A stretch of DNA of 61,949 nucleotides, the filler included, from Choristocarpus tenellus KU-1152 (Eukaryota; Protista; Phaeophyceae), in assembly GCA_964200185.2 (NCBI GenBank). It is 12 parts of 12 records of this genome, joined end to end, with 100 filler letters (N's around TTAATTAATTAA, not from the genome) between each part and the next. Parts side by side here need not be neighbours in the genome. Positions count along the whole stretch, not along the records: positions 1 to 8,553 come from CAXNAD020004592.1; positions 8,654 to 12,224 come from CAXNAD020019188.1; positions 12,325 to 16,228 come from CAXNAD020017224.1; 9 more parts are not named here. One strand, 5' to 3'. The notes beneath the pieces are model-generated. The model did not search any database and had not been told where the DNA came from. It was given only the letters and a program-made list of their open reading frames with translations. The translations under genes and the position numbers were made by a program. How positions within the stretch are numbered: the stretch's first letter is position 1; every line of letters begins with the position of its first letter. Below are positions 1-12,700 of the stretch, in pieces.

Positions 1-311
1 GGGGGGGTGGCGGAGGGGGGAGGGATCACCTTGTTAGTTGGTTTGATTTTAAGGCCTCACCAAAAAAAGTGTGGACTCTTCAACACCAATCAATCCCCTT
101 GGCTCAGTAAATATAGGGATAGTAATATTGAAAATCGACGGTGTCAATCTACCTCACCCTTGTATATGCAACCTGTCCATTTTGTGCCCAAACAAGTTCG
201 CAACCGAAATAAAAGTGTTGATAGAAATACCGCTCTATAGATTCATCAAGCAGCACCCTGACACCCTCCCTGCCTGTATGCGTGCTGCACTGTATTTATG
301 AAATTTGGCAG

Positions 312-1165
312 TTTCCTGAGGGTGAGAGCTACAAGGATGTATTCCTGAGACTGGAGCCACTTCTGCTAGAATTGATTGCAGAAAAACAGCCAGTGGTCGT
401 GGTGGCACATCTGTCTGTTCTCCGTGTTGTCTACGGGTGCGAGTTGGGGAGGGGAGGGGACTGCATGGGTTGGTGGGTGGGTTGATGTGGGTAGTGTAGT
501 CATAAGCAAGTGATACCATTGAGCTTGGACCCTGTTGAGGGGGTTAACACTATTTCTTTATTCTTAGAAAGGGAGTGCAAATTCAGTTCATTCTGTGCTG
601 TTCAAAGCACTTCCCTGCTTGTCTTTGAGCAAGTGTTGGGAAATGTGGCGCCTTTTAATGATTTAGCCTTTTTTATTATTTAGCCTTTTCTTGTGCGTAC
701 TCGTGACTGATTCAACAGATGTGTCAATAATGGCAATCCATAGTCATCAAACAACCATGACACACACAGGTCTATTCAACCTGTGCATGATATCAGGCAA
801 ACAACCCAGATTGTGTGCCGGTCAATAAGTCCCATCATACCTCAACCCCTTCCAGACCCACCACCTTGTTTATCTCATACTGCTACCATCGCTTTTGCCG
901 TTCCAGATATCTGATGGGGGTGGAACCATCAAGTTGCCCCAACCTCCATGTCCCTATGCACTGTGTGATCCAGCTAAATGCAAAGGGCTATGGGTATGAG
1001 GAATGGCGCCACTACCCCTTGAAGCCTTCAAGGGAGAGCCCGGTCAACTCCCCCCGCCTTCATCACCACAGCAGTGGTGGCACTTGGGGTGGGAGTGGGG
1101 GAGGAGGTAAGGCCGGTTCTAGTAGTGGTTGGGAAGCAGGGCTTTCAAGACATAGGGATCGATGA
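312..1165 (+). CDS. 6-phosphofructo-2-kinase/fructose-2,6-bisphosphatase, last two exons (histidine phosphatase domain C-terminus); exons 312-436, 907-1165
   Basis: Spliced peptide FPEGESYKDVFLRLEPLLLELIAEKQPVVVVAHLSVLRVVYG|YLMGVEPSSCPNLHVPMHCVIQL matches the FBPase-2 pattern (P.GESY.D...RLEP...EL, V..H.AV.R, P.L..P.H.VI.L). The intron is GT-AG with a phase-consistent GG|A junction. Confidence 0.88.
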
Positions 1166-2099
1166 CTGTGGAACGTATTTCAGGCAACTGCGGAAGTGGA
1201 TTTGATTAGCTTTTTCCTATAGCAGTTGGAGGTGAGGGGGGCGAGACAATTGGTGCAGCTACTCAACAAAGAATGAGGGCAAAATAGAAACAAAAGCAAG
1301 GCTGGTATGAAGAGTAGTGATTTGTGTACCCCTATTAGTCTTCAGCAAGTTGCTTACAGTGTGTGGGCACAATGAAGTGGCAGTTGGTGGATGTTGAGTG
1401 CTTGTTTTTTGGAAAGTGAAGTACGACAGGTGTACTGCATGTATACTGCAAGTTAAATAAGTTCTCCGAGGTAGAACCCTTGGATTTTGCGAGAAGCTGT
1501 GCGCATGTGGCAATAAGTGCAGTACCGTGCATTGAAAGTGCACTTAGAGTTATCTTCTGAACGATGAAGATTATTCCTAGTTTGTGAGTACGTTATAAAG
1601 GTGAACATGGCACAAAAAAAATGGAGAAGGACACCAGGTCTCCATGAATGCGCCAGGGACTGCATTTTCTGCTCTTATGGCATCAGCAATAACAGGCTAC
1701 ATGTATAATGAACCAATTGTATCTGTTGTCTTTTGTATGTGCATTATGTGGTTCAGAGTGTGTGGAAGTGTTTTTCTTATAAAATGCCACCATGCATTAA
1801 CAATTATAAGTTTATGATCAATAGAGGCAGGAGCACACGTTCCTGTGGTGGGGGAAGGGGGAAGCACTCCTATAGAGAGAGTTATTAGGCAGAATTGGTT
1901 GTGGAGCACTGTTTCGGGTCTTCACCTGTATGCTTGACATCTTTTGGGCTATGACAATCAAGCTCTTTGGCATGCATTAGTATGGATCAGTGAGACAGTT
2001 AAGGCATATGACAAGTCATACTTTGCTGGTGCTTGTCCTGCCAACTTTGCACTTTTTGCACTTTTTATCATGGAATGAGCCTTATATAGGTACAATGCC

Positions 2100-2310
2100 G
2101 ACCCAAAGCATTTAAGAGGGTGGGAGTTTTGCGCTGTTTGTCCGTTCGGGGCTCGACTTCCCACGGGGTTTTTATGCCCTTTTTCGGTTTTCTGTGTGAA
2201 CACAGTTACCTAGAAGGTATTCGATCATGAAAGGTGTCTCTGGAGAAATCGCAATATTGGATTTATGATCCTGAACAGACACGGCCCTACCCTCGTAAAC
2301 GCTTTGGCTC
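2100..2310. mobile_element. Complete 211-bp MITE (Sola2-like termini) with 4-bp TSD TGCC
   Basis: Imperfect TIRs GACCCAAAGCATTTAAGAGGGT...ACCCTCGTAAACGCTTTGGCTC. TGCC lies at 2096-2099 and 2311-2314. The interior is homologous to copies at 4558 and 31000. Confidence 0.8.
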
Positions 2311-4557
2311 TGCCATTTTTTGTCAAGGAGAGGTATTTTTGTCCATTTTCACAAAAACGGTGTTAAAAAGAGTCTGATCTCCCAACATTTGCCCGCTTCC
2401 AGTCACATTCAATGAGGTAAAATATCTATCTTGCGTAACTCTCTCTGCTGTCGCTCACCTGTCCATGACCACTCTTGTGAGCAGCTCAAGTGCTCGAACT
2501 TTTGCTGTTCGTTTGATGTGCTGAGAAAACGTTGTACACATTATTAACCAGAAAGTGTGCTTTGTGGACAGGGTCTGCGAGGTTCTCTGGCAGCTCCTGG
2601 CACATGCCTATATATGGCATCTACCAATAGTCTGCGAAGTTGTTTTTGTTGTGGCATCTACCAAACAATGAGTCTGGATTTTGTTAAATGGGCGTAAAAG
2701 GTCCTCAATCAGTCAAGTTCCAGAAGTTGTTATTCAGTGTTCCACCTGTACTTGCTTCTTATACCAAACTGACTCTTTGCAAACATGTTATTGACCCTTA
2801 ATCAGTAGCGCAACCACCACTCTTGTACCTGTTTTCTTATCGAACTTGTTTCGATACTATTGATACTATGCATGTTTCTAACCCACACTCACTAGCTGTT
2901 TGTGCTTGCCTGACTCCACTAAGACAAGGTGAGAATAGTCGATTGCCCGTACTGTTTACCTGCTCAGGTTGGCTTTTGTTTGCTCAAGGGGGATGAGTCA
3001 ATGCAGAGCACAGGCCAGCAATACTATCCAAATGAAACTCTCCTCGAGTGGCATCTCCCCCCTGTGCACCACCCAAATATTCCTTGTCCTTGTAAGGTAT
3101 CGTAGTCAAGAGACTAGTCGGGCTGCCTCAGAAGGTGGTACACCGTAAGCTGCATGAGGGAGCACCTTCTGACTTTTCGCGTAAAGGCATTTTGTTTTTA
3201 TTATTGTATTCTTACCACAGGTGGGCAGGCACTGCATTTGGAGGTCTTCTAGTGTTGCTGTATGTGGGTTTTCTGTTGAAGGATTTGATGGGGATTGTGG
3301 ATGTTGCTCTCTCCGTGTGAATCCTTAGGAAACTCCAACTGGCGTCTGTCGTGAAAGCCCTCGACAGCTTCAAAGCTATAAAAGGGTGCATTCTTCACCC
3401 ACATGGAGGCACGCCCGCTGCTCATCCTCTTCTGGGTCTTCATTGGAATATATCGCTGCAGCTTCTTCAAAGCTTGACCCTCGTGACCAGGCCGATGTCG
3501 ATTGGTCAGACTGAACATTTGCAACATCTTAAGAAGTGGAGGAGAAACCAAAGTTTGCTAACACGTTTCAGCGAGGGGAAGGGGAAGATAAACTTAGATC
3601 CGCATGGACGTACAAAGCTTCCATCTTTAAAGCCCATGGAGGATCACATCTCTGACCTGAATCGCTAAGACAAGAGGAATTAGAAGGGATCTTCTGGACT
3701 ATGTAGAGCACACATTTACGGTTAAGGTGTCCGATCAGGGTCTGGGCACGAATTCGAAGAGACTAAAGTTGGTTTGTATGCGAGGTAAGATCAAGATCAT
3801 CCCCCCTACCTGAGCTGAGGAAGGCTTGCATTCTTCACTTTCCGATTGGCCATGCCCATTGAGGTGTTCGGGTCATATGGCAAGCACTACGTCAGCATTC
3901 ACTACCAATAGCGTCATCCTATCTTGGAGGGGGCTGTTATTGAGTATTCAAGGCCCTTTAATTACCTTCTGGTACACATGCTTTTAGCTCTCTGGAGGGC
4001 AATTTCACACTGAAATGAACAAACAAGCGTCACCTCTCCTACAGCCAAACCCTCCTTAGATGGGATAGTTCAATTTCAGACATGATACATGGGGTGCTAG
4101 GCAGAAGAGTTAACAGTTCTAAGAAATAGAAAGGGTCAAAATAGACCCCATCTAATATATTGTGACTCAGAAAGGTGCCTTGCACAAGATTTGAGGGCAG
4201 ATCACGCATGACTGGAATGGGGAAGCCGCATGGAAGGGCAGGAGACCAGGTGGTTTCATTCACCCTGTAGTAATACTTATGGGTCATACACTTAAGGCTA
4301 GGAATGACTACATAGCGAAGAATGGGTGTTGGCAGCTACTATTATCAACCTCATAGGTCCTTCTGGGCTTGAGGATGGCATCAATCTGGAACAAGGCTCT
4401 CTTTTTCATGCCTTGCAATAAACACTTCAAAACAAAAATCACAGACACCCCGACATTAAAATATTGTATTTCTTAGTCTTGTATCACCCACAACAGCATC
4501 ACCCATATGTTAAGGAAGAGTATCAAAACACAATCTCTGCCAGGATAAGCTTCTTCA

Positions 4558-4816
4558 GAGGCGAAGTATCTTAGAGGGTAGAGCCGCATCCGTTTGGGGA
4601 CCAAATTCCAATGTTGCGATTTTGATGTCATTTTAGCTATCGTGTTTGTTAAGAAGTGTCAATATCCTTGTTCCGGATACACCTTTTCATAATGTATACA
4701 TTTTACCTACTCTGAAACATTTTGGAGTAGTAAAATGTCATAAAACAACCCTTGGAAAGCCAAGCCCCAAACGGACAAAGAGGGCAAAACTCGTAACCTC
4801 TAAGATACTTTCACTA
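4558..4816. mobile_element. Complete ~259-bp MITE, same family
   Basis: GAGGCGAAGTATCTTAGAGGGTAG...CCTCTAAGATACTTTCACT. Flanks are TTCA and TGCA (3/4 match). It is the reverse-complement homolog of 31000-31259. Confidence 0.8.
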
Positions 4817-6099
4817 TGCAAAAGACAAGCCTAAAAATCACTGTTTTCACAAACGATATATGTCATTTCACCCCGTTCCACGGCAAAATCAAAACACCAA
4901 CATCTTCACACTAAATTAATGATACCAAAATTCAATTTTTCCACTTACACTAACTAATAAATGGCACTCACCCTCAACATCACATCATTCATATTCTAAC
5001 TCATTTGAGCAAAAACCAGACAAGTTATGGGCATATGGCTACTATCTACTCACTCCTTCTGTAATAATACTAAAATACAAGTCATATTTATAGTAGCAGT
5101 ACCAATACCGTGCTATTCTACACCATACTAGAGAGGACCCAACTTGGTGCTGTTGTGGATCAATGACTTCAGACCGAGTGTGGGGAAAATCATATTTGAA
5201 TTCTAGGACTGCAACCCTACTTGCAGGGGAATGGTATGCATACTTGGTGCCACTAATTGTACCTGAAAAAAAATTGCCGCTCAGTTTCTGTAAAAAATGT
5301 CCAACGTAACATACGCCTTCACAGTGGTGCAATCACGATCCTTCCTATTCTACAGGGCTGTGTCTTGCACTACTATAAAAAATACTGGACTCAATATATA
5401 CTCTGGATATTCAAATTGGTACAATCCTGGGAAAATGGTGCGTCATCCATTCATCAACAACTATATACATCAAACTTGAAAATATTCATGAGAGAGAATG
5501 AACACATTGGACAGTGAAAAGCCTGCCTCTTTGCCTGATGGTGCTATTGTGTCACTGCTTGCTCACCCTCGTCTTCCCACATTCACATACAGCACCAAGG
5601 CTAGGAACTGCCCTAAAGTAGGGTGCAAGTCTAAACTTTGAGCAACTTTTCAAAACAGCAGATACACCTATGCACAGAGTGCAACAAGGTATGCCCTTCA
5701 TTGAGTTGTCAGAAACCACAATACAACTACTATCTTATTGAATTAATCTGGAATACAAAGCAATGAAGGGGATGAAAAACGGGAGCCCAAATTGATGCAA
5801 CCCACACAAGCAAACATCAAACAGATATAATTACCCTTGATCACCTAGAATTTGTTGCATTCGCTTTCAAAGCACCCACCGTGCATGATATGCATTGTCA
5901 GCACAAACAAGGAACTAGCAGAAGATCAAAAATAAATGTGATACTTGAGATCCTTGACGGACCTCAAATTCGGATTTGAGGAGGAACAATACACACACGC
6001 CCTTTCTAATGTCTTTGACTGAGATGATGTGATGGAGTGCAAGTAATCAGAAGAGACAAGAGCGCAGCCCTTGACTGCTGTTTATAACCTCAGGTGGCA

Positions 6100-8120
6100 T
6101 CACCACTTGATGCTGTCCATGAACTCCTGCCGTTTTTCTTTGGCATCCTTGATTATGGGTGGCCCGTGCCCCGATATGATAGTTGTGTATGGCAGGGCTT
6201 GAACCTTTTCTGCTGTCGTCTGCACAACAGTTAAGCAACAATAAAATAATATGGACACTTGCTGGCAAGATTCGATCACAAAAACATGAGCACTTTACAG
6301 TAGTTCCATTTATGTTCAAACTGCGTATGCTGGAGCAGCTATTCAAGTACTCACTTGAACCAAGGTTCTCCCTCAACAACTTTCATCTTTCAAAATACCT
6401 TCTACACCAAGGTGCAGAAGAGGACGGCGCAAAACATTAAATGTTCAAATCTGACCTACCATCCTTCTCTCTCTTAGCCAAAGCGATACTCCAGCTTCAA
6501 AACCTACTGTCACTACGATTTTTTCTTCACTGTACTACATGGTATATACTTATGGGATGCAGTACCACATCAACATCTGGAAATATACATTGCTGGGCAT
6601 ACTTTGACTACTCTTGAGGATATAGATTAGATATGTAAGTTTAATACAGGAAGCCAACTCTTAGTTAACTATCAACTGTGTATATCCTACATGCCTTGTT
6701 CTTATTGTTGGGGTTGTAGGTTGAGAGGGTAAGAGAAATTGCTCAACAAGGGGACTCTTCACCAGAGTTAGCTCTTTGAGGAGGACAACTTCGAAGAATC
6801 ATTACCTTTATGGATGAATAGGATTTTCCCTCCGTGAACCGTTTTGCATACAGAGGCGGTGTGACAGCCTGGCCTTTAAATCCTATTCGGTGTCCAACCC
6901 AGTTTGAGAACCTGTGGGCGTTAACAGTGGACAAGAGGATTGTTCAGAGTTGGAGTCTAAACTAGTAAAACCTTACTTTGATACTATGTCAAGAAGAACT
7001 GAAAATTGGATGTTTTGGTGGGTGTTGTTACAAGGAAAGTGCACAGAAATTGAGGTTTACTATGTTGCACTGCAGGGATAGATTCCTTTGGAGTAGGGCT
7101 CGAATCTTGTCCTTCACCCACCACGTTCATTGTTGCTGCAATCAACCCCTAGTGCAAAATATTAATCAACTCTAATCGGTTCTGGAAGAGAGGCAAGGCC
7201 AGTGACTGATTGATTGCAAAAGGTCTTATCCAGAATGTACAGCGTTAGAACATAAGTTGTGTGCTAACTCTGAAAGATACAAAAGTATCAGATGAAGTCT
7301 GCCATCCCAAGCAAGTGAACCTGTGGTGTAGCTTGAAAAACTGTGATATGGAAGACAAGAACATTCAACACAAACAAGCACTTACCACCCGTACTTGATA
7401 TTGGATATCTTCTCGTCACTAGGACCGTCAATCTGTTGGATGAAGTCACAGGTCATGAGAAGTCCCTTATCACGAAAAAACAGAAGGCATTCCGGCAGGG
7501 TGCTGCCCTCAATCATCACCTTAGAGCAAAAGAATGTCGGACATAGGGAGAGGTAATCTGACTGTAGGTGCAAGCCTAGTGTACATATGGACTAATTTGG
7601 ATGGACTTGAGAAGCGGCTAAACCTTCCAAGTGGGCAATGAACAGATACTTCATCCCCGAGCAACCCCAACTTGCCTTGAAAACAATACTACAGCGAAAT
7701 GAAGACCAAGCTTTCTCTTTGACAGACGCTTCACCACAGACTGTGTAAACACACTTTTTCATTGGATAGGTTGCAGATACTGATAGAGTCAACATATGGC
7801 GTGTATAACACTTGAGGTCGGGGCTTGACATTAAATATGAGATGGATTTCCCTGATATGTCTAACCATCCATGCTCACTGTAGAACCTACATATGTTAAT
7901 AAGTCAAATACACATGGCAGACTGTTCATCAAAGCACGGAACAATTACCATGGGCTGAATTTCAAAGTACCAGTTAGTTGTGTGGATATCACCCACCACT
8001 TCTGCTTCCCCAGGAAAAGGGTTGGAATTACTAAGGTCGCCGTCCATCTCTAGAGTTGTGCCATTGGGACAATACTCATCCCACTTCATGCCTGGTAGTC
8101 CCCAAAGCTCTGCACCAAAT
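6100..8120 (-). CDS. Metallo-beta-lactamase-fold (DUF4336-like) protein, last four exons: 7997-8120, 7386-7519, 6806-6911, 6100-6219; 5' part missing
   Basis: Spliced peptide FGAELWGLPGMKW...NPFPGEAEV|VMIEGSTLPECLLFFRDKGLLMTCDFIQQI...YGW|FSNWVGHRIGFKGQAVTPP...SSIK|TTAEKVQALPYTTIISGHGPPIIKDAKEK...W*. It carries the MBL-fold L..CD and II.GHG motifs, and all splice phases are consistent. Confidence 0.72.
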
Positions 8121-8553
8121 CTTCCATGTTTGGGTTTACGGTTGGTTGTAGGAATGGTCAGATGATCGTCACAACATGACTAACTGCAAGTTCAAGAATA
8201 CTATTAATATTCATTGTGTCAGGCTATCTAATGGAGAACATTATTGCAACGTCAGCTATATTGGGGTCGAGAACCTTGGACTTCTGGTGCATGCAAGGGG
8301 AAAAATTCCTGCCCAGAGCAAATACATGAAAGCTCTATACTACAGTATTATTTATTGTACAATTATCAATACAAGTAGTAGAGTAACTTGTATCATGGGG
8401 TAAGCCTGGCCTCATCCAAATACTGAAAATAATGCCCAAGGACCTTGCTTGCTCTTAGATTCAGGACTAGGTACAATTTGCGGTGCAATACTACTAGTTT
8501 GAACTAGCTGTACTTAACAACGAAAGGGTCAAAGTATCTGGGGGGGGGGGGTC

Positions 8554-8653
8554 NNNNNNNNNNNNNNNNNNNNNNNNNNNNNNNNNNNNNNNNNNNNTTA
8601 ATTAATTAANNNNNNNNNNNNNNNNNNNNNNNNNNNNNNNNNNNNNNNNNNNN
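8554..8653. other. Artificial assembly spacer N44-TTAATTAATTAA-N44 (first of 11; others start at 12225, 16229, 23781, 26787, 34607, 38994, 42129, 46598, 49538, 54676)
   Basis: Identical 100-bp blocks with a 12-mer that gives stops in all six frames. Confidence 0.98.
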
Positions 8654-9060
8654 CCTCGGTCACGGTTCGTCCTTGTTCATGTGGTCCGTCTTGCCCGGTG
8701 ATTGTCTTCACCACCCTTGCCTGAGTGAACCATGCCGCCACAGAATTACACGATTCACACGTCACCTCAATGTTAATAACAAGCCCACAATGACAAATTG
8801 ACTGTCATGGCGCCAAATGTTCATAACCCAACCACAATAACAAATTGCCATCATTACCAACCTTGCCCCTATCCATCCTTCAATACCTCACATTACAACT
8901 ATTCGATCCACTTTCATAACCTATCTCTTGGTACTGCTAGGTTCAGTGCATACTGCAGTTACTCAGATTCCTAGTCGCACCTTCAATATCATCATCGAAG
9001 AGAGTTGCTAGGGTGGAGACCTCCTCAGTTATCGGTCCGTCTACAGTCTCAGAACGTGCA

Positions 9061-11100
9061 ATGCCAAGCAAAGCTCCTGAGGGGAAGCCTAAGGTACGAA
9101 TTTCTCTTTTTAAACAAGCTGCCCACTCTCCCCTTTGTGTTAATTACTTGCTTTCACATTCATGACCTCTGGTAGGACCCTCCCATTAGGAAGAGTGTCG
9201 TGGTGGATGTAGTGACTAAAGATTCAGAGAGGCTAATGCAATTTTTGGGCGCGACAGTTAATGGGAGGGAGCACTTCCGGAAAACCAATGAGTCTGGCAG
9301 GGTGGAGCACCTTGCTATGGATATCAATGGTGTTAGTGACTTCCTCAGTGATAAAGGAACAATGTTCGACAAGGGAGATGATGACTCGTACATCCTTCTG
9401 GACCTTGTCCTCCCGAATGCTGAGACTCTCGAGGCCCTCGGGGATCGGATGGTTAAGGCTGGTGTTAAGGTCGTTATCCCGGCGGAACAGCAATACTGGG
9501 TTGCCATGTGAGTCCAGGCTTACAATTAGATGATTTGCCCTTTGTTGTAGGCTCCTTTATTTCGCTTCCATCCGTTCCTCAACTCTTTTCCGGTCTCCTC
9601 AGTTGGTCCCACTCAGACCTATCCCTCAGAATTTGTAAAATAATGTTTTCGGTTTGAAGGGTTGAAGGATCTCATATTACATTGTCTTTAGGCCACTAAC
9701 ATGATATATTTACAATGTGTAACAACAAACGACCAAGCTCAATCTTAAACAACCAGTCTATGCATCCCAATCTCACTTTCAAATGACCTTACACAGATAT
9801 GGGCAGTATGAGGACCCCTTCGGACAGGTGTGGAGCATACGAACCCCACCCAGTCCACCAGAGGATATGCCAGAACACCTTAAGAAAAAGGTTAATCCAT
9901 CCATCTCTATCAAGGGTGCCACGGCATACATATCTTTCCTTCAGGAGGCTATAGGGGCTGGGTTTATTTAACCAGTGTTCAAGACCCCTTGGGGTAAAGT
10001 CGTGTGTGGTCAGCTATCCATCAATGGAGGTATTGTTATGGTTGCCGACCACTTTGATGAGACTGAGGGGAATATTGTCAACATCGTTCTTGAGCTCGAC
10101 CATGGACAGGCTTCTGGCGTTGCTCAAACCTTCGAGAAAAATGGTGGAGAAATTGTTTCACCTCCAACCCAAGGTTTTGGGGACAAGGTGAGCAAATTCA
10201 AATTGCATACTTGAAGTAGTTTGCATACTATTTTCTCAAGCCATGGTTATGGTAAAAATCAAAGAGGAATCTTTGAGCCAAACATGAAAGCGTCATCAAT
10301 TCATGTGATGCTAGGACATTCACATATTTGACTTGCTCAGAAACAACTACCCCTTTTGTGGTGACTGGTTCAGTGTTGGGCTCACTCGCTTCTTGTCACA
10401 TCATGCATATCTCAGAAGTATTTCTTAGTACTTGTGATCGAAGAATATATATTTTGTTGAGTAACGACATCTTGCACTACCCTTCCCTTTCACAAACTTG
10501 AAAAAGCAATGATCCACACCAGGCATTATGTTACTTGCGCCACCTCCCATTGCCTGCCCTCAACATTTTAAAGTGTTTGGTATGTGCAAAGATCCCCTTG
10601 ACATAAGCTGGGCTCTCAGTGAGGCACAGGTTGCCAAGTACTCCGAGGAAGAAAATAAGATCGATTTGCAAATGGGTGCTAAACATGCATGGAAATGGTC
10701 CTGGGTGGTGGAGGACGTGCCGCAGATGTGCTTCTATGGTCAGGTTTGCACCATTGACAAGATGATTATAGGTGAAGAAATGGGAGAGATGATGCCTGCA
10801 GCCTATTCTGCAGCGATTACCTCTGGTGCAACAATAGTTGGCCCCCCTGCTACCATATACTATTCATAGGATGGTGGAGAGTTTGGTAAGACTCGTCTCA
10901 CCTGCGGTCCCATGATTGCTCCTGGCGTGTCCATGGCAGAGGAGAATAATTTTGGTGCCCACAATGTTGGTGGAGGGAAGTGGGCCAAAGTGACACACAT
11001 TGGCCCCTATGTTGGACACGAATAATGGAACTAGAATGTGAAGCAATTTTCTAGATCAAGTACAAGTGTAGAGTGTGGTGAAGGTGATGGAGGACTGTGA
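9061..11100 (+). pseudogene. Tandem PhnB-like VOC/glyoxalase domains fused to a GyrI-like small-molecule-binding domain; exons 9061-9093, 9176-9507, 9797-10187, 10574-11100; disrupted
   Basis: Two VOC signatures (QYWVAIYGQYEDPFGQVWSI; FWGQVFGMCKDPLDISWAL) are followed by GyrI motifs (IVGPPATIYYS; GGGKWAKVTHIGPY). In-frame stops occur at 9969 (TAA), 10867 (TAG), 11023 and 11032, with a frameshift near 10172. Confidence 0.8.
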
Positions 11101-11153
11101 CACCAACTCTACATTTTAGTTCCTCCCCTTTGTCTTGAATTGGTTGCCTGTGC

Positions 11154-11410
11154 TCAACTTGTAACTGGGGGGTTGTAGATGGTGACATATATCTTGGTCC
11201 TAAGCTTGGAACGTTCGACCTCTCCCACACTGTTGTGGTATACCTCAAACCCAGGCAATCCTGGTTCAAAGCCTTTATCCTTGGCCCACTCAAACAGAGT
11301 GCCCCAAGCGTCCTTGAGGCCAAAGTTTCGTTTACTTTTTTTATCTGTAATGCTGCCACAATGTACTGCTGCCACAAACAGGGGAATCCCTGGTCAATAC
11401 ATAGATGACT
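11154..11410 (-). CDS. GyrI-like domain C-terminal exon, convergent with the VOC-GyrI gene (possibly also a pseudogene)
   Basis: AAVHCGS...LKDAWGTLFEWAKDKGFEPGLPGFEVYHNSVGEVERSKLRTKIYVTI matches the GyrI end pattern (AW..L..W....G.......FE.Y.N.......LRT.I). A pyrimidine-rich CAG acceptor lies at 11411-11413, but an in-frame TGA (11396-11398) sits between it and the motif. Confidence 0.7.
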
Positions 11411-12324
11411 GAGGGGATAAAGATAGGTATGTTTTGAAAGCCTGTAGCCTACTATTTTGTTTTTGTGCACACACCACCCATGCTCTGCATGAACCCTTGT
11501 TTTTGGGATGAATAATATTATACTTCTGATGAGTGTCAAGTCTATGTTTTGTCTGATAGCTCATTGATACATGAACCTTTTGTTATTTTTATTCTAGCAA
11601 ACAACACATTGCTAGACACCGTTTTGATCCTTGAAGAAACACCATACTTGTAACTGTCTCGTCTATAGTGACAAGGTTGGTTCTAGTATAATATTGGTTC
11701 GTATTTTTTTTGTTTGTACACTATCTATTCGATACAGTTTATTACTTGTTTTACCAGTTTCCTGTAAGAATAGAAAATATACTACCTTGTCTCCTTCGAT
11801 ATTTATAGACCATGAATGAGGACAGGAAGGTGATAGTGTTGTGTAGTCATTTTGTCTATATTATACTTTGTCATTACCCTTTCTGTAGTTTTGGGTTAGT
11901 CTGTTACGTTATTTTGTTGTGTGTACAATTACCTCCATGCCATAAGTCTGTGCTGTGTTATCAATACCTATTGAAGATAAAATTCAGTTATGAAAAAAGG
12001 TGTGGAATCCTTGACGAATTTCTGGTTAGGTCAACTCTTATTATTATTATTACTCCCCATCCATCTCAATTTTATCAGTCACAGAAAAAACCTCCATGTC
12101 TACCTTTAACAGGCTCTCACCAATATTGAGGATGGAGCATACTATGGAAGATAGGTTTGACCCAAAATGGTGCGCAGAAAGTGCCCATATGTTTTTTTTT
12201 GTAAATGTTGCGGCACTTTTAAGGNNNNNNNNNNNNNNNNNNNNNNNNNNNNNNNNNNNNNNNNNNNNTTAATTAATTAANNNNNNNNNNNNNNNNNNNN
12301 NNNNNNNNNNNNNNNNNNNNNNNN

Positions 12325-12700
12325 TCCAGCTATGAGCTGCATGGGCCGCTGATTCACAGCGTGCCCCCCATAGATCTGCTCTAACTCGAGACAGGCTGCC
12401 CTCCTGTCGGGGCTGCCTCCTCTCGTACATGTTGACCATACAAGCTGACCACCATAGCTGCAGCACCCCTCGTGGCCCGTCCCAGCAGGAACCACAAGGC
12501 TTCGCGATGGCTGACGTATTCATTGTGCGCGCAGCGTTCCTTGAGTGATGTATCAGCTGTGGGAGGTGTTGGAATGCAGTGTGCAGGTTGGAGTATCCGA
12601 TACATTCCTTTGCCGCCCGCGTAACTCACCAAAGCCATCCACCATTCAGCCCACTTCTCCCTTGTATGCCCCCGCGCTCCACTCCATAGTGGCAGCATAC
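12325..12700 (-). mobile_element. Ty1/copia-like gag fragment, degenerate
   Basis: LPLWSGAR..KWAEWWMALVSYAGGKGM...LWFLLGRATRGAAAMVV, then after a frameshift ...LELEQIYG. Intronless. Confidence 0.55.

Noticed and set aside
2800-4420. Decayed coding-like region (Helitron or retroelement?)
   Set aside because: Protein-like fragments are present, but no diagnostic motif could be confirmed.
8598-8609. TTAATTAATTAA as a biological repeat or TTAA target site
   Set aside because: It is always centred in identical N runs, so it is an assembly linker.
9969-11034. TAA/TAG reassigned to Gln (all four internal stops of the VOC-GyrI gene are TAR)
   Set aside because: The long APEX2 and 467-aa exons contain many Gln and no in-frame TAR, and the same gene also has a frameshift. 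Ordinary decay is simpler.
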